DNA of 64,000 bases, taken from assembly GCF_006345805.1 (NCBI RefSeq), contig NC_043001.1, forward strand, positions 87,854,001 to 87,918,000. The letters run 5' to 3'. Under the pieces are notes generated by a model. That model was not told where the DNA came from, did no database searches, and saw nothing but the letters and a program-made list of their open reading frames with translations. The translations under genes and the position numbers were made by a program. Below are positions 36,882-51,329 of the stretch, piece after piece. The stretch comes from Octopus sinensis. Lineage: Eukaryota. Numbering within the stretch: the stretch's first letter is position 1; each line of letters starts with the position of its first letter.

Positions 36882-37085
36882 AGGCAGAATTGTTGACACG
36901 CCGGGCAAAATGCCGAGCGTCATTTCGTCCACCTTTACGTTCTGAGTTCAAATTCCGCCGAGGTCGACTTTACCTTTCATCCTTTGGAAATCGATAAAAT
37001 AGGTACCAATTGAGCACTGGAGTTGATATAATCGACTGTCCCCCTCCCCACAAATTATCATGTTTTGTACTTATAGTAGAAAAGA
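36882..37085 (+). mobile_element. SINE family A copy
   Basis: Same head and central domain as at 17551, with many CpGs retained. Confidence 0.8.
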
Positions 37086-38269
37086 TTTTTTTTATTATTG
37101 TTGTTGTTAATATTAGAGCATCTAATAAATGCCTTATTAGTTAAATTTCTCTATATTTCAAGTTCAGATTTCGCTAGAGTACACTTCGATTTTCATCATT
37201 TCCGCGGTCTTCGATAAAATTAGTACCAGTCTAGTTCAGGCCTATTTATAATCATCTGTTCCACTCCCCTTGTATTTCTGGATTTGTAGGTACGTTAGAA
37301 ACCATTATTGTATCAATAACCGCTGTTGACTTCAAAATCTAAAACATTCATTCATTCATATATATATATCCTCACTGTAGTTCACTTTCTCTGTCACTTT
37401 CGCTCTTCGTCGCTGTCCTTTTATTTCTTCCGCCTTCATCGCTCTGTACACCTAGTTCTCTCTTTCCATTACGATTAAAATATGAATAATCGTCACCCCT
37501 CATTCATTCGTCATATCGCTCTCTCTCTCTCTCTCTTTCTTTCTTCCTTTCTCCATTATTCTCTTTTATCTTATCGTTTCTCATTCAGTTTCTCACTTTC
37601 ATCATCTCTCTCCTTCTCTCATCGCCTTCTACCACCTAATTCTCACGAAACCTGTTTCTTTGATTATTTGCTAACTAAATCATTAGTTAATATTGTTATC
37701 TCTGTATTTTAGGAAAGGTATGAACTTCACAACTTATTTTCTCAAGTTGTTTTATTTATATATTTATTTCGTATCTTTGTAAACAAGATAAAAATGTAAT
37801 AAAGTTGAACATTATTATCGCATTACTACTGTTGTTATTAAGAACGTGGTGTGGCAGAATGGTAGTGCCCAGTATAAAAATCTTAACATGTTTAGTGACA
37901 ACTGGCGTGGGAGCTTCTTTAAGGTTGTTCGAACTACTAAAAATAGCAGTCAAATTTTCCTTAACATATATACTCTAGCTCTGGTTTCCAATTGGATGTG
38001 GCGACACCTTAAGGTATTGTAGACAGTAGGTAGTAGGATGTCACGAGCTATCCTCAGAAACTTGTATTTTGTTTACTGAAGCAAAACAAAGGTATTGTGA
38101 GCCTTAGGATATTGTGTGATAAGGTCACAGAAACGTTGAAAACCACTGGCCTGCAGTCTTAAAAAAAGAAAAATAGAAGCACTTGTTGAACGATGTAATC
38201 CTAAATATGCAAAAAAAAAATAATAAGATGGTCATGGCTGGGACGTCTTTGATTATAGGTCTACTCAAT

Positions 38270-38990
38270 TCAATAATGCCAACTCTGTCCAACAGCTCAC
38301 ATTTTTATGCAAATGATGCTACTCTTCCTTCTTTCCTTCAAACGTTGCATCTGCATGATGTAACTTAGACACCACATGTCGAACTAGGCCTAATTTCATG
38401 AACAGACACTTCTAAAGCATCTTCCAATTAGGACATTCCAATCTCCTCTCTTTCAACAGCAAAACGACACAAGCACTCCTCATATCAAGGATACCTCATG
38501 GCAATTCTTCTTCCCTTAAGCATGAGCAGCATGCAACTAAATCCCTCATGAGTGATCCAGATATTATACCTTACTTAAAGCTGTGGGGACCCTTCCTTGC
38601 AAAAGTACATCTTTCAAATGGCTTGGATCATATTTCAAACCCTGTCTCTGAAGAGAAAGACCACAAAATGCTTTATTTCTTAGTAAGTACTGACACTCTT
38701 AGATGAAGCCTACAATGGAGTATTGTTCCCACATCTGGGGTACTGCTGCTGTCACATCCAGAGAAAGTTCTCTTCACTGATTGATATAAAATCACCCACC
38801 GATATGCTCCAGTTTGTAGTCTGCAATTGTGCCATCTCTTCTTTTTGCCTTTTGTACCACTTCTATAATAACTACAGCTCCTTGGTGCTTGCTAGTCTCA
38901 TACCACTACCACACAAACATTTCTGACTCACATGCCCCTCCTGTCCATTTCATCACCCATTTTGTCTACCCTCCCTTTTGCCAGGCCCCA
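38270..38990 (+). mobile_element. CR1/Jockey-like LINE RT remnant
   Basis: SHFYANDATL (degenerate YADD), LGHSNLLSFNSKTTQALLISR, HIWG; heavily decayed. Confidence 0.55.
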
Positions 38991-40240
38991 TGCACTAACC
39001 CATAATGTCTAGTCTTTTCTCTTCAGTACATTGATTCTTTTGCAGTTCTGTCCTTGTGTTTTTACTGCAAGTGTCAACTTGCAACAGTTTAAGTGTAATG
39101 TTAATATCATCATCCTCACTGAGCCCTGTGGGCTTGCAAAGGCTTTAGGCATTGCTCCTTCTTCCAGACCCTGCGAGTTTACACACACACACACACACAC
39201 ACAAAATTAGTGTTGACCTGGTGTTACACAACATCACCTTATTACATTTTGGTTTCAGTCTAGGGGTTGGTGATAGTTGAAATTCTGATAAAGCCATTCA
39301 GTGACTTTATGGTATTTATATTGCACCATCCAGTGTGTTAGGCCTACCACTTGTAAAAATGAAAAAGGTAAAAGGAATTCTAGTGAATGAGGTTGAAGTG
39401 ACTAATAAAACTCATATTTTGCTTAGGAAGTAATGTGAATTTTGTTAGCAAACTTTTTTATAAAAGTTGGGTGGCAGTGACATAGTTTTACAAGCCTTAT
39501 GCATTTCATTGTGAGGGCTGTGAAGCTTTTGTAGTATTGTGAATCTTCCTAAGTCAGTCATCTCATTTTTGAGGTTCCTGCATAATTGTATACTTTGTGT
39601 GTGTGTGTGTGTATAAACAAAGTTAGGAAATTTGAGACTTGAATATATATTTATTTAACCATGTGATTTCCATAGGGTTACAACTATTTCACAACCTTCT
39701 TCAGGTAGTATTAATTTCAGTATGCCAGAAATTATGTGTATATGTTTGCATTAATATATATGCTTGCTCAGCATTATACAACACAATTGTATATACACAC
39801 ATTAATACAAATAAATTTAACTCATCAGATCACTGGAACATCATAGTTACATCAACTCTTTATACATTTTTATATGTGTTTTATTTTTTAAATTGTTTTT
39901 GTTTTAATTAGTCGAAATGAAGTGGGACAATATTCATAATCTCAGCAGACTCCTCCAAAATGGTGGGATTGATGTGGTTGATATTTGCTTTGAACATCTA
40001 TAGGTTGTTTGTAAGAAAATGAGTGAGTAAACCAGAGGATTATAGTTTTGGGGAAAAGGAATGGATCTTAGAGGTGAAACACATAAGAGGTAACAAGAGG
40101 AGAGTTGGGTAAGTTTGAGTGGAGGAGGTATACAACTAATTAGTTCAGAGGAGTAAGAGCTATTATTGTAGTAAAAGTGGAATAAAGAAATGTTGTAAGA
40201 TAGTTGCTGGAGCTGTTTGTCAGTCAGCTGTATGACCTCT

Positions 40241-40446
40241 TAAGGCGGCGAGCTGGCAGAAACGTTAGCACGCCGGGTGAAATACTTAGCAGTATTTCGT
40301 CTGCTGCTACGTTCCGAGGTCGACTTTGCCTTTCATCCTTTCGGGGTCGATTAAATAAGTACCAGTTATGCACTGGGGTTGATATAATCGACTTAATCTG
40401 TTTGTCTGTTCTCTGTGTTTGGCCCCTTGTGGGTAGTAAAGAAATA
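40241..40446 (+). mobile_element. SINE family A copy
   Basis: AAGGCGGCGAGCTGGCAGAAACGTTAGCACGCCGGG...GGGTAGTAAAGAAATA. Confidence 0.85.
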
Positions 40447-42599
40447 TGTATGACCTTCTCTTGGCCATGGTCAAGGATGTTTTGTGCACTGGCTTGTGAG
40501 CACTACTCTAATGCAGGTCGTATTCAACCCTTTTGTAAATGTATTTATGTTGAAATACACTGCTTTTGTTTGAATTAGTTTTGAGAGTAATGAAGAATCT
40601 AGTGAAATTACTTTGGCCATTGTTAACTTAGTGTTCAGATCATGAAATTTTCATAAAAGGTTTGAATTTTGATCTTTTTAAAACATGAAGTTTGTATGAT
40701 TAAATGAAGAGTGGTCTTAAGCAGATTGGTATGAAATGTGTTAAATTTTGTAGTAAATCAGCAACTGGTTAAAGCTGAATTATATTCTGGCTCTGGAGAT
40801 ACATTCTGGAAATGTTATATATGTTGAATTGCTCTGAAAGATCATCAGATATTGTAAGCCTTAGCATTTGTTGTAGCCTTGAATGTATTAGTTCTGTGCC
40901 ATTTGTGTTGAAAGGGTGAAGGGCATGACTGTTTACTTGATAAATGTAATGATTGTGACTCTGAGCTGCTGAATGAGACTAGGTTATGTTCCATTGAGAA
41001 TGTTTTTGAGAAATCTGTTCAAAGAAGCTATGCATGTATATGATACTTATCAGTGGTAGATTTATATGGAGTAAAAGCTAATATCATCTGTATAGGAGTG
41101 TTTGGTTAGAAGTGACAGCAATAAGGTAATTTATGTGTGGAGTGGAATAGTGTGAAAGACATGACACTTTGAGGTACACCAGTTGATGAAGTGAAGGTTG
41201 GAAAGAATCTGGTGTGTGTGTTGATATTGTCTGTTTGTTGTAAACAAGTCACCATCATACAAACAGTGTCCTTCATTTCCAAATTTCCATGACAACATGT
41301 CTGACCATGGACCATGGGAAAATATTACCTTGCTTGGAAACAGGTGAAGATTGGTGTCACAAAGAACATGTGGTTGTAGAAAATCTGCCTCAACAAGTTC
41401 CATCTGACCCATGCAACACAGAAAAATAGATGTTAAAATGATGACAAAATATATCTGAGTGCAATAGGTGCATTTTTTGAGCCACCTAGAGGTGTCATGT
41501 CCTTGATATGACTAAAGTTTTCTCACAACCTCACTCTTAAGAGTGCATTGGGTGCAGTTTTATTGACACTAGGGAGGTAGCCTTGTCCTTGATATGACTG
41601 AAGGGACCTTGCAACTACATATATCTCTACTTGAAAACCTCTTTACAGAAGGAGAAGCATGATGATAGTGATAGAGAGAGAAGTGATTAGTATGTCAATA
41701 TTCTGAATATTACTGAGATGGCAAAAAAGGGACCATAGTCCATGTAACATAGAAGGTTGAGTGATGATAAAGGCTCAAGACGTGTGAAAGGAAAAAAAAA
41801 CAGGAGTAAGCTGGCAGACAGATTGACATAATGTGATGAGGACAGGCCAATAAAGGCAGTGGGTGGGTTCAGGTGAGAGGTATCTATACATAGGTTATGA
41901 GGTGGGTTAGAAGGGTTGGTTGAAGAGGATGGTGGCATGGTGAATGCAAAGTATGTGGGTTCTGTACTAGAGGGTGGCACAAAGAAGTAATGGGGAGGAT
42001 CAGAATAGGTGCAGTGGCATCATTAATTACACTGACTGGAAGCAATGTATGGTGAGCAAAAGAGACCCACTGCCATCCTCAGCCACATTGGCAGTATAAG
42101 ACATTGAGGGTTGAGAATGGGAGGGAGTAATTGAGAGATAAGCAATAAGTATGGGTGAAAGAATGCAATATATGGCAAATAGAAGACAGCCCACTGCTGT
42201 TTGTAGTCACAGTGTGGTGCAAATTGATAAGAGGAGGGAGCAATTCAAAGATGAGTAGTAGGAAGCAAGAGAGATAAAGGTATAGATGAAAGGACATGAG
42301 TGACAGTCATAAGGGCAATAGATGAGTCAGTGATTGGGATGTGTGATGGAAGGAATGAAAGATAAGGGGTAGGGATTTGGGTATGAGAGGAGTGAAAGGC
42401 TGTCAAAATGAGGTCAATGGGGAGGAAGTTATCAGTGTTTGTAATTACACACACACATATGTGTGTGTGTGTGTGTGTTCCCTTCTTTCCTGAGCATCCA
42501 ATAATACTTTATTTGTTCCATGTCCTTGCGTTGTTGTGTTTTTTTGTTTACTTGTTTGGATTAACTTTATATATATATATATGGATGTGTGTGTGTGTA

Positions 42600-42815
42600 A
42601 TTTCAAACATGATAATTGGTGGACCTGCACAGTTGGCGAGTGCTACCCGCGAGAGCGGAAACAACCACTCGGAAGGCCTCCACGATGGTGGAGTTAAGAT
42701 TTTAGGAGGGCGATTGGGACCACATGGATGAGGAAGGCACGATCCAGAGAGGAGTGGACAGTGTACTGTGACCAGCGGTGTCAAATGGACGCCCGATGGA
42801 CTGGTCGGTCAAGGT
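42600..42815 (+). mobile_element. 3' end of a distinct RTE-like LINE
   Basis: TRERKQPLGRPPRWWS*DFRRAIGTTWMRKARSREEW resembles the RTE C-terminal KR..GRPP.RW...W...AR.R..W motif. Confidence 0.6.
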
Positions 42816-43094
42816 GATATATATTAGATAATATTATGTCTGATAACATAAAATAATAGGTACAAAGAATTTGTGCTCAGGTTGATTTCCTGTCTAAATT
42901 CCAATTTCAACTGCAATTGACAATGCAGAGATGTTATGGTTATCTAAATGAGGATTGACTATAAACAGTGTTTCAGCCGAGTTGCTACAGTAATTTAAAC
43001 TCCTGAAACATTCTTCTCTAAATTCAAGTTGCATAAATATATAAATGTCACTATCTGACCAGATACCAATTGTTTGTCCGGCTATACTTTTATT

Positions 43095-43325
43095 AGGCGG
43101 CGAGCTGGCAGAAACGTTAGCATGCCGGGCGAAATGCTTAGTGGTATTTCGTCTGCCACTATGTTCTGAGTTCCAATTCTGCCGAGGTCGACTTTGCCAT
43201 TCATCCTTTTGGGGTCGATAAATAAAGTACCAGTTTTGCACTGGGGTCGGTGTAATCGACTTAATCCCTTTGTCTGTCCTTGTTTGTCCCCTCTATATTT
43301 AGCCCCTTGTGGGCAATAAAGAAAT
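43095..43325 (+). mobile_element. SINE family A copy
   Basis: Full head-to-tail match to the other family A copies. Confidence 0.85.
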
Positions 43326-44699
43326 GTATACTTTTATTCTGTTGCATACACACACACACAACAATTTTAACTTCCATTTTGCTATGCCTGGATGGGCAAG
43401 TGGGTCTTCTCTCACACACTATGCTGCCAATCAGCATGGTCCTCTGTCATCTCCCTTCATCAAGTATAACATCTTCAGCTCTGCCTGCATCACTTTGTCT
43501 CAAGTCTTCCTCAGTCTCCCTCTTTTATAAGTTTCATTTGCTTTGAATACATAGGACTGCATGTTTTCAGATATATGAAACTGTGTCAGGGTTGTACTAA
43601 AAATTATGGCTCTATCCTTAGCTTGTTATCTTCTCTTAGTTCGTGTGTTTTATCTGTTGGTGCTGACATACAGTCTTTCTAAAGTTTTGATTTTTAATCT
43701 CTGTGTGTGTGTGTGTGTGTGTGTTAGAGAGAGAGAGAGAGAGAGAGAAGACTGAGTAGCAGTTTAGTGAAGTATCAGCTTTGACTGAATGTGTATGCAT
43801 AAATCAGTCACTTAGATCATTGCCAAAATGGTATGTGACAAGTTAATGGGGAAGCTTCACCATGTTTGCTTGGCTTACTAGAAGTAGCAGTTAACTTTGT
43901 AAATCATAACTAACCATCTTAAGAAAAGAAGGACACTTGGGATAATGTAGTCCTAACTACACTATATCTGAATAAAAGACAAGATTGTTGTGGTCAGAGT
44001 GTTTTTAATCATATAACTTGGAGTTAAGCAACAGTTTTATATACACTTCCATACAGAAGTTTTGTTTACTATGTATGAGGGTTATGTCATTTAACTCATA
44101 TATTACACATGTAAGCCCCTATTAATGTGGTTCCCAGCCTTTATTATTTTCAAGGACCTGTTTTATTTCAGTCAGTTTTTCAACAGATCCCAGGGTTTTG
44201 AAAGGTCTTTCATATTAAGAAACTTTGAACAGACCCCTGATACTTTCTTTGCTGACAACCAGGGGTTTGTAGACCCTTGTCAGGAATGACTGCCCTATAC
44301 ATACATAGACGCATAGAAAGAAAATTGACAGAAAGAATAAAGTGAAATTGTCTGGCCAACCTGTCGTCATCCACTTTAGCACAACAGGTCATTCCATCAT
44401 TTATCTGTTGTAGCATCTCTGCATACCATGGAGCCACATAATCACGGAAACAGAAGATACAATGTCACTGACAGGTTTAAATTAATCTTTTTCCTGCTAC
44501 TCCTACGTCTTCACTTAGTTCAGTATTTCCTGTCTTATCCTTCAAATCTCCTCTCATCTCAGTTTTTCCCTTCACCTCACCCTTGCATTTGTCCACTTCT
44601 CCTCATTTTCATTTCTCTTCCATTCTACCTCTGTCACCAAGTTTCTTCTTCTACTTCCTGTCTATCTTAATCACACAGCCATGCCTTTGGTTTTGTATG

Positions 44700-45160
44700 C
44701 ATGCATGACTGGTGTCTGTGCTAGTGGAGCGCTAAGAGCACTATCCGAGTGTGATCGTTGCCAGAGTTGCTAACTGGCTTCCATGCCGGTGGCATGTAAA
44801 ATGCAACATTTGAGCATGATCGTTACCAGTATCACCTTACTGGCACTTGTGCTGGTGGCACATGAAAAACATTCGAGCGACGTCGTTGCCAGTGCTGCTG
44901 GACTGTTTCCTGTGCAGGTGGCACGTAAAAAATACCATTTGAGCATGGCCGTTGCCAGTACTGCCTGACTGGCCCCCATGCCAGTGGCACATAAAAACAC
45001 CCACTACACTCTGAGTGGTTGGCGTTAGGAAGGGCATCCAGCTGTAGAAACTCTGTCAGATGAGATTGGAGCCTGGTGCAGCCATCTGGTTCGTTAGTCC
45101 TCAGTCAAATCGTCCAACACATGCTAGCATGGAAAGCGGACGTTAAACAATGATGATGAT
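44700..45160 (+). mobile_element. RTE 3' UTR-only copy with subrepeats, ending in (ATG)n
   Basis: Reverse-complement match to 14868-15250; ends GCATGGAAAGCGGACGTTAAACAATGATGATGATG. Confidence 0.8.
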
Positions 45161-46084
45161 GTGTGTGCGTGTCTTTTGAATTACTTGGTAACTTTGTTGG
45201 GTCTTGGTGCCATGTAAAAAGCATCCAGTTCACACTGTAAAGTGGTTGACATTTGGAAAGAAGTCCAGCTGTAAAAACTGTAAAAAGTATCCTGACCACT
45301 TTGTAAAGTGGTTGGCATTAGGAAGGGCATTGAACTATAAAATCATGCCAAAACAGAGAGTGAAGCTTGGTGAGTCTTCTGGCTTGCCAGCACCTTTCAA
45401 ATTGTCCAACCCATGCCAGCATGAAAAAACGGGCATTAAATGATGATGATGATGATGTGTGTGTGTGTACAATGGGCTTGGTAGTGTGCTTGCTGTTGAA
45501 GTACTTGGTTTCAGATTGTCCCATTACACGGTGCCTTGGGCAAGTGTCTTTCACCATTGTCCTGAGCTGATCAATGTCTTGAGAGTGAATTTGTTGTGTG
45601 TGTATATTCATATATGCACAAGTATTCATGTTTCACAGTCTTACTAGTCACTAGTTGAGCAAAACAGTGGTATGATGTTTACATTCCTTGTTGACATTAT
45701 AGCCAGTCCCTCTGCACTTTTGAAGATTTATGGAATAAAACAAGTAATAGTTAGCAGCAGAGAGAGCATCTGACCATAAAATTCTGTCTCAAATAAGTCC
45801 TTGTCCAACGTATGCTGGCATGGAAAAATGGGTGTTAAATGAACAAATGATACACACAATGTACTTGATATTCAATCCAATAAAGGTGTCCCTATCTGAT
45901 ATTTTGACATGCTAAATAGCTGCTGAATTTCCAGCTAATCACAACTTAGTGTCTTGGAAAGAGAAGGGCACAATGGATAGTGTGTTCCTTGATACACTGT
46001 CTGGACAGAAGACCAGATAATCACAGCTGGAATATCTGTAACTGCAAAATTAAATTTCATGGTTATTCCACAAATGTTAAATAT

Positions 46085-46460
46085 CTCTTTTACTGTTTTA
46101 CTTGTTTCAGTCATTTGACTGTGACCATGCTGGAGCACCGCAGTTAGTTGAGCAAATCGTTCCCAGGACTTATTCTTTGTAAGACTAGTACTTATTCTAT
46201 CGGTCTCTTTTGCCAAATTGCTAAGTTACGGGGACGTAAACACACCAGCATCGGTTGTCTAGTAATGTTGGGTGGACAAACACACACACACATATACGAC
46301 AGGCTTCTTTCAGTTTCTGTCTACCAAATCCACTCACAAGGCTTTGGTCGGTCCAAGGCTATAGTAGAAGACACTTGCCCAAGGTGCCACGCAGTGGGAC
46401 TGAACCCGGAACCATGTGGTTCGTAAGCAAGCTACTTACCACACAACCACTCCTACACCT
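46085..46460 (-). mobile_element. SINE family B, near full length
   Basis: Closest-to-consensus copy, with most CpGs intact. Confidence 0.88.
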
Positions 46461-46952
46461 GGGAAAAAATAGAATTAGTATTATCTACAAGTCATATTGC
46501 CTCAGTAAACTCGACATATCTCAACAAAAATAGTTTCAAACTTGACGTCCTTGAATAAAATATAGATAGGTATATAAAAATGTTTTCCACAGTTAAGGGT
46601 AAATGAAATTTTGAGGTGGATATACCTGATTTCTGCAGAAAAAGGGTTAATAAATAATCTGCTGGATAAGCTACTACGATGACTGCTACTACAACCACCA
46701 CAGTATACCATCACTGCCATACCACCACTGTTTATCCAGTTCTGTCAACTTTTTTTTTTGCACCCTTCATTTTTTGTTTAGCTTTCCAACACATGCTTAT
46801 TTTCATTGAAGAGTTCTGTCTAATGCATTATAATCTACTTCTCCTTGTCATATTTTCTGAATTTTATTGATTGTAATTTAAAAGACAATTTTTAAAAAAT
46901 TTGATTGAAATGTATATAAAATGTAAATATTGCCAGTCTTTTTGCATTTTGT

Positions 46953-47490
46953 ATCATCATCATCGTTTAACGTCCGCTTTCCATGCTAGCATGGGTTGGA
47001 CGAATGACTGAGGGCTGGCGAACCAGATGGCTGCACCAAGCTACAATCTTGATCTGGCAGAGTTTCTACAGCTGGATGCCCTTCCTAACGCCAACCACTC
47101 CCAGAGTGTAGTGGGTGCTTTTACGTGCCACCGGCATGGGGGCCAGTCAGGCGTTACTGGCAAAGACCACACTCGAATCTTTTACACATGCCGCTGGCAC
47201 AGGTGCTAGTAAGGCGATGCTGGTAACGATCACGCTCGAATGGTGTCTTTTACGTGCTGCCGGCACAGAGGCCTGATAGCAGCTCTGGCAACGATCACAC
47301 TCAAATGGTGCTCTTGATACCCTACTAGCACAGAGCTCAAGTGCCAGTAAGGCAACGCTGGTAACGATCACGCTCGAATGGTGCCTTTTAAGTGCCAGGA
47401 AGCTGGTTAGCCGCTCTGTCAATGATCACACTCGTATGGTGCTCTTTGTAGCCTGCCAGCACGGACGCCAGTCATCGAATTTGATTTTGA
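46953..47490 (-). mobile_element. RTE 3' UTR-only copy with about six subrepeats
   Basis: catcatcatcgtttaacgtccgctttccatgctagc start; repeated GGTGC..TTACGTGCC..CGGCAC...CTGGCAACGATCAC.CTCGAAT units. Confidence 0.8.
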
Positions 47491-50400
47491 TTTTGTATAC
47501 CTATGGTTAATCAAACTGGCTGAATCCATTTCTCTCCAAGTTATGCTTATCATTATAGTTGAATTCAGTGTTGCAGTTAACTATTTTGCTGTCATATTCT
47601 GGTATGTCTGACTATAAACTCAGAGGTTTGTAGTCATACTATTGTAGATGCTCATTCAAAATATATCAGCTTTCAACTGTTCTGATGATTAGGCTTGGTG
47701 ATCCCAGTGGATGTACAGTCCTGTAAATGGGAGGAGGAGAAGAAACAATTTTTTGACAGGCTGAATGTAATACTGAAGGAATGGTATGTAGTAATGGAGT
47801 GATCTGTGTGTGGAGTACGTTTGCACGTGTTGTTAAAATGTGGACCAGTTCTGAGTTCCTCTGATCAAATATGTTCTGGCTGTGACCATCTCACCTTTTA
47901 TTTATTCAGGGATGTATTCATCTTTTATATCTGATTTCAGGAACACATTATCCAATGTATCTTTTCCATTTCAACTGTTTTGTTACCATATTTCTGTTGA
48001 ATTACACTGCCTTTGTTTCTATTATCTTTCAAAATAATGAGTAAAATAACTTTATTATTAAGTTAGTGTATGGAATGTAATTTAACATGAAATTTTAATG
48101 AAATTAAAATGGTATTTGAAATGAAAATTTAAATTTGTATCACTTTAAAACAGAATTTGTATCATGGAACCATGGTTAGTCATTGATGGTTTGGTATCAA
48201 AAGGGTCAAAAATCTTATTTATTTACAATTAGATGGATTGTACCCTCTGCAAACTTTTATCTACTTGAGGCTTTGGATATTTCTCTACCCACAGTAGTAC
48301 CTCTTTACATCTTGGTGGACGATCTGTTATTGTAGAACTTATTGTGGTATTTTGTGGCTGTTTACGAAAATCATAAGAATGAGTCTATGTAGATGTCACT
48401 ATATAGTTTCTTAGCCTGCTAGGAACAGTTGCTAAATCTCCTTCTAAACACCTGCTACTGTCTTAAAGGGAGGATACTTTACACAATGTGGTCCTAGATA
48501 CTCTGAATAAGAGGTGACATTATTGTAGCTGGAATAGCTTTGATTGCAGGGCTTTTAAATCAGAGCTGACCTAAGATTAAAATCAACAACAAACATAATC
48601 TGTAATTTTCCTCTTTGGCTGTATCTGCTGAATCAACAACATGGTTTCAAATTTCAGATAGAAGCTTTGTGGTGATGTTCTTAAATAAAAGCATGAACAT
48701 CACCTATTCCCTGCAACCTCTCACTGCTTTTTTCTTTTCTGTAATTTGATATTGTGATTGTGTAAGAAACCTGACTTTATCATCCTCACTATCTTCACTG
48801 CCACTACCATCACTACCACTATTACCACCATCATTAGTGGATTTATTAGTGAGTTTGTGTGGTCATGCAATCTGCTAGAAATAAACACCAGGTTTCCCTC
48901 AAATCATACCATATTGTCTTACAAAAGAGGACACCTTAGATAAAGTAATAATAAATAATATGCCTTAAAGAAAAAAAAAATTACAGGCTGGTCATGGCTG
49001 AAATTGTTTTGATCGTAAGTTTGCTGAGCCTGAACTGACCTGCAGCTAAACAATAACATCCTCATCAGCATTATTATTATCCTCATTGTCACTTAGCAAG
49101 CATCGTAGATTAAAGTCTTCAGTTGACAAACTCATTCAGCAAACTAGTTTCAATTCTCTTTTGGAATATCTTTATATCTTTAATTTTTTTACTGTAGAAA
49201 GCAGATATATCCATTCAAAATTTCATTACCCTTAACTGCAGAAAGCAGTTTTATATACCAATCCATCTTTTGTTGAGGAATGTAATGTTTGAAACTATTT
49301 TTCTGTTGAGATTTGTTTTCTCAAGTTTATTGAGGCAATGTGACTTGCATAAAATACCAATTCTGTTTTTTTTTTCTATTTGACATTCAACGTCTTTATT
49401 GGAATAACTATGAAATTTAATTTTGCAGTTATAGGGTTAATGATTTTGTGGAAAGATATGAATATCAAAACCTCCCATTCCTACTTGCCACACAAAACTC
49501 CAATTTCATCTCCATGTTATTTCAATCCTTTCTGGGTCAGTTTTCAGTCTGTGATTCCATTTGGTACAAATAGTACATTTGGGTTGATTCCCTTTCACTG
49601 GTTTGATCCCTTAGAAATATTGATTTCAAATTTTGGTACAAGGCCAGCAATTTTGGGGTAGTGGGTAAGTCGATTACATTGGCTCCAATGTTCAATTGGT
49701 GCTTATTTTATCGGCCCTGAAAAGATGAAAGGCAAGTTGACCATGGCAAAATTTGAATTCAGAACTTGAAGAGAGATGAAATACTATTAAGCATTTTGCC
49801 TGGCATGCTAAAAATTCTGCCAGCTCACTGCCTCCATCCCTTAGAATCATTAGCTTCTGTTTAGCTAAAGGAAGTAAAATTTTATATTTACCAATTTATA
49901 TTTACACTTTTGTGATCTTATTATATTTCTCTTCTGTCTGTGATATTTAGGACCAGATTGTTTTTTTTTTCTAATTGAGTGTCTGTCTTAACTAAATTAG
50001 ATCTCATTTAGTCTGTAGAGTTTTAAGAAGGGAATGTCCTAACTTCCTTTATTCACTCCATTGGATCCTTTGTAAGATAATCATCTTGTGATGGTTTAAT
50101 GTAGCTTATGATTAATTTCATGTAGCTTGGACTGTTGCACACCAACCATTACATGCAACTTGTGACCAGAGCTAGGGCCTGGTTTTGAAGGCAAAGTGGA
50201 CTGAGATGTTTAGATGTCTCTCAGTGGAAGAAGAGTATTGGGATAACTCACTTTCCCATGACCTCCAGAGCTGAGAAAAGGTTGAATTCAGTACTACAAA
50301 CTAAACACTTGTCAAATTTACAGTACTACTACTGCCTACAGCAGAAGGCTGTTCTATCCAACAGTTTCTCTTTATGGCCAAGTGTACTGGGTTATTTTTG

Positions 50401-51329
50401 AATTGTAACTTGGTAACTTTTGGCTCATTTTCTATCCATCACTTGACCTCCTTTTTTGCATCTACATTTCCTAAACAATTGCTTTTCCATGTTGGCATTG
50501 TTTAACTTGAGGATTTAGATGTGAACCAGTATTTTTGACATGTTTTGACACAAACTGGGTCTTCAATCTTTCGTTTTATATATCCATATATATATGTGTG
50601 TGTGTGTATATATGTTAATGTGTGTGTGTGTATATATATATATTTATATATATAATTATTTAGGATGGATGAAGACCTCAACTTTTTATGCAGTCAGTCT
50701 TTATAAATACATGTTTAAGATAAATTTGAAAAAGATCGGGCCACAAACATTCTTGTTACATTCATTACTTATTGATTAACCCCAAGTTAACTCTTATCAA
50801 AATGCCCCATGTTCGGAGATATTCTATTTCTGACAATCCCATCTTTCATTCAGACATAATGTTTCTAATGTGTTCTAGTGACCATATAACAGCTCCCTTA
50901 TTGACTTTTAGAAATTTTATTGATATCTATTGTGGTTAAGAATAGTACAACTGGCTAAATCAATATAGTTAGAAGTGAACCAACGTAGTGATTGGCAGTT
51001 CATATCTAGTGACTGGTACTGCATTGTGTTTTCAATGCTAACCTTATTTAATTTCCATAGAAATTAGTGTTGCAGAGGCTCTCTCATTGGATTGTACTTT
51101 TTGCATTCATGTAGTAGTGGATTGCAGTCATATTCTCATCATTCACCCCATTCGCTGTCATTAGTCTTGAGTTATAAACAACTGTTTAGGGTAAATGCTT
51201 ATATTTATTGCAATATGTGTAATTACCAAATATCATATACCCAAGTAGAGAAAGAACTTCAAATTCCGTTGTTGAGCAATTGATAAAATTATTTTTAGAG
51301 AAAACCTTAAAATTTGTGACTATTCCTTT

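Noticed and set aside
37981-38148. Possible hAT MITE (CTGGTTTCCAA...GTTGAAAACCACTG)
   Set aside because: The left TIR is too degenerate and no TSD was found.
41560-42440. Purine-skewed block with several minus-strand ORFs
   Set aside because: Probably a very old LINE, but no motif could be assigned with confidence.
44200-44430. 75-aa minus-strand ORF (MLQQINDGMTCC)
   Set aside because: Weak RTE RT resemblance only; too decayed to call.
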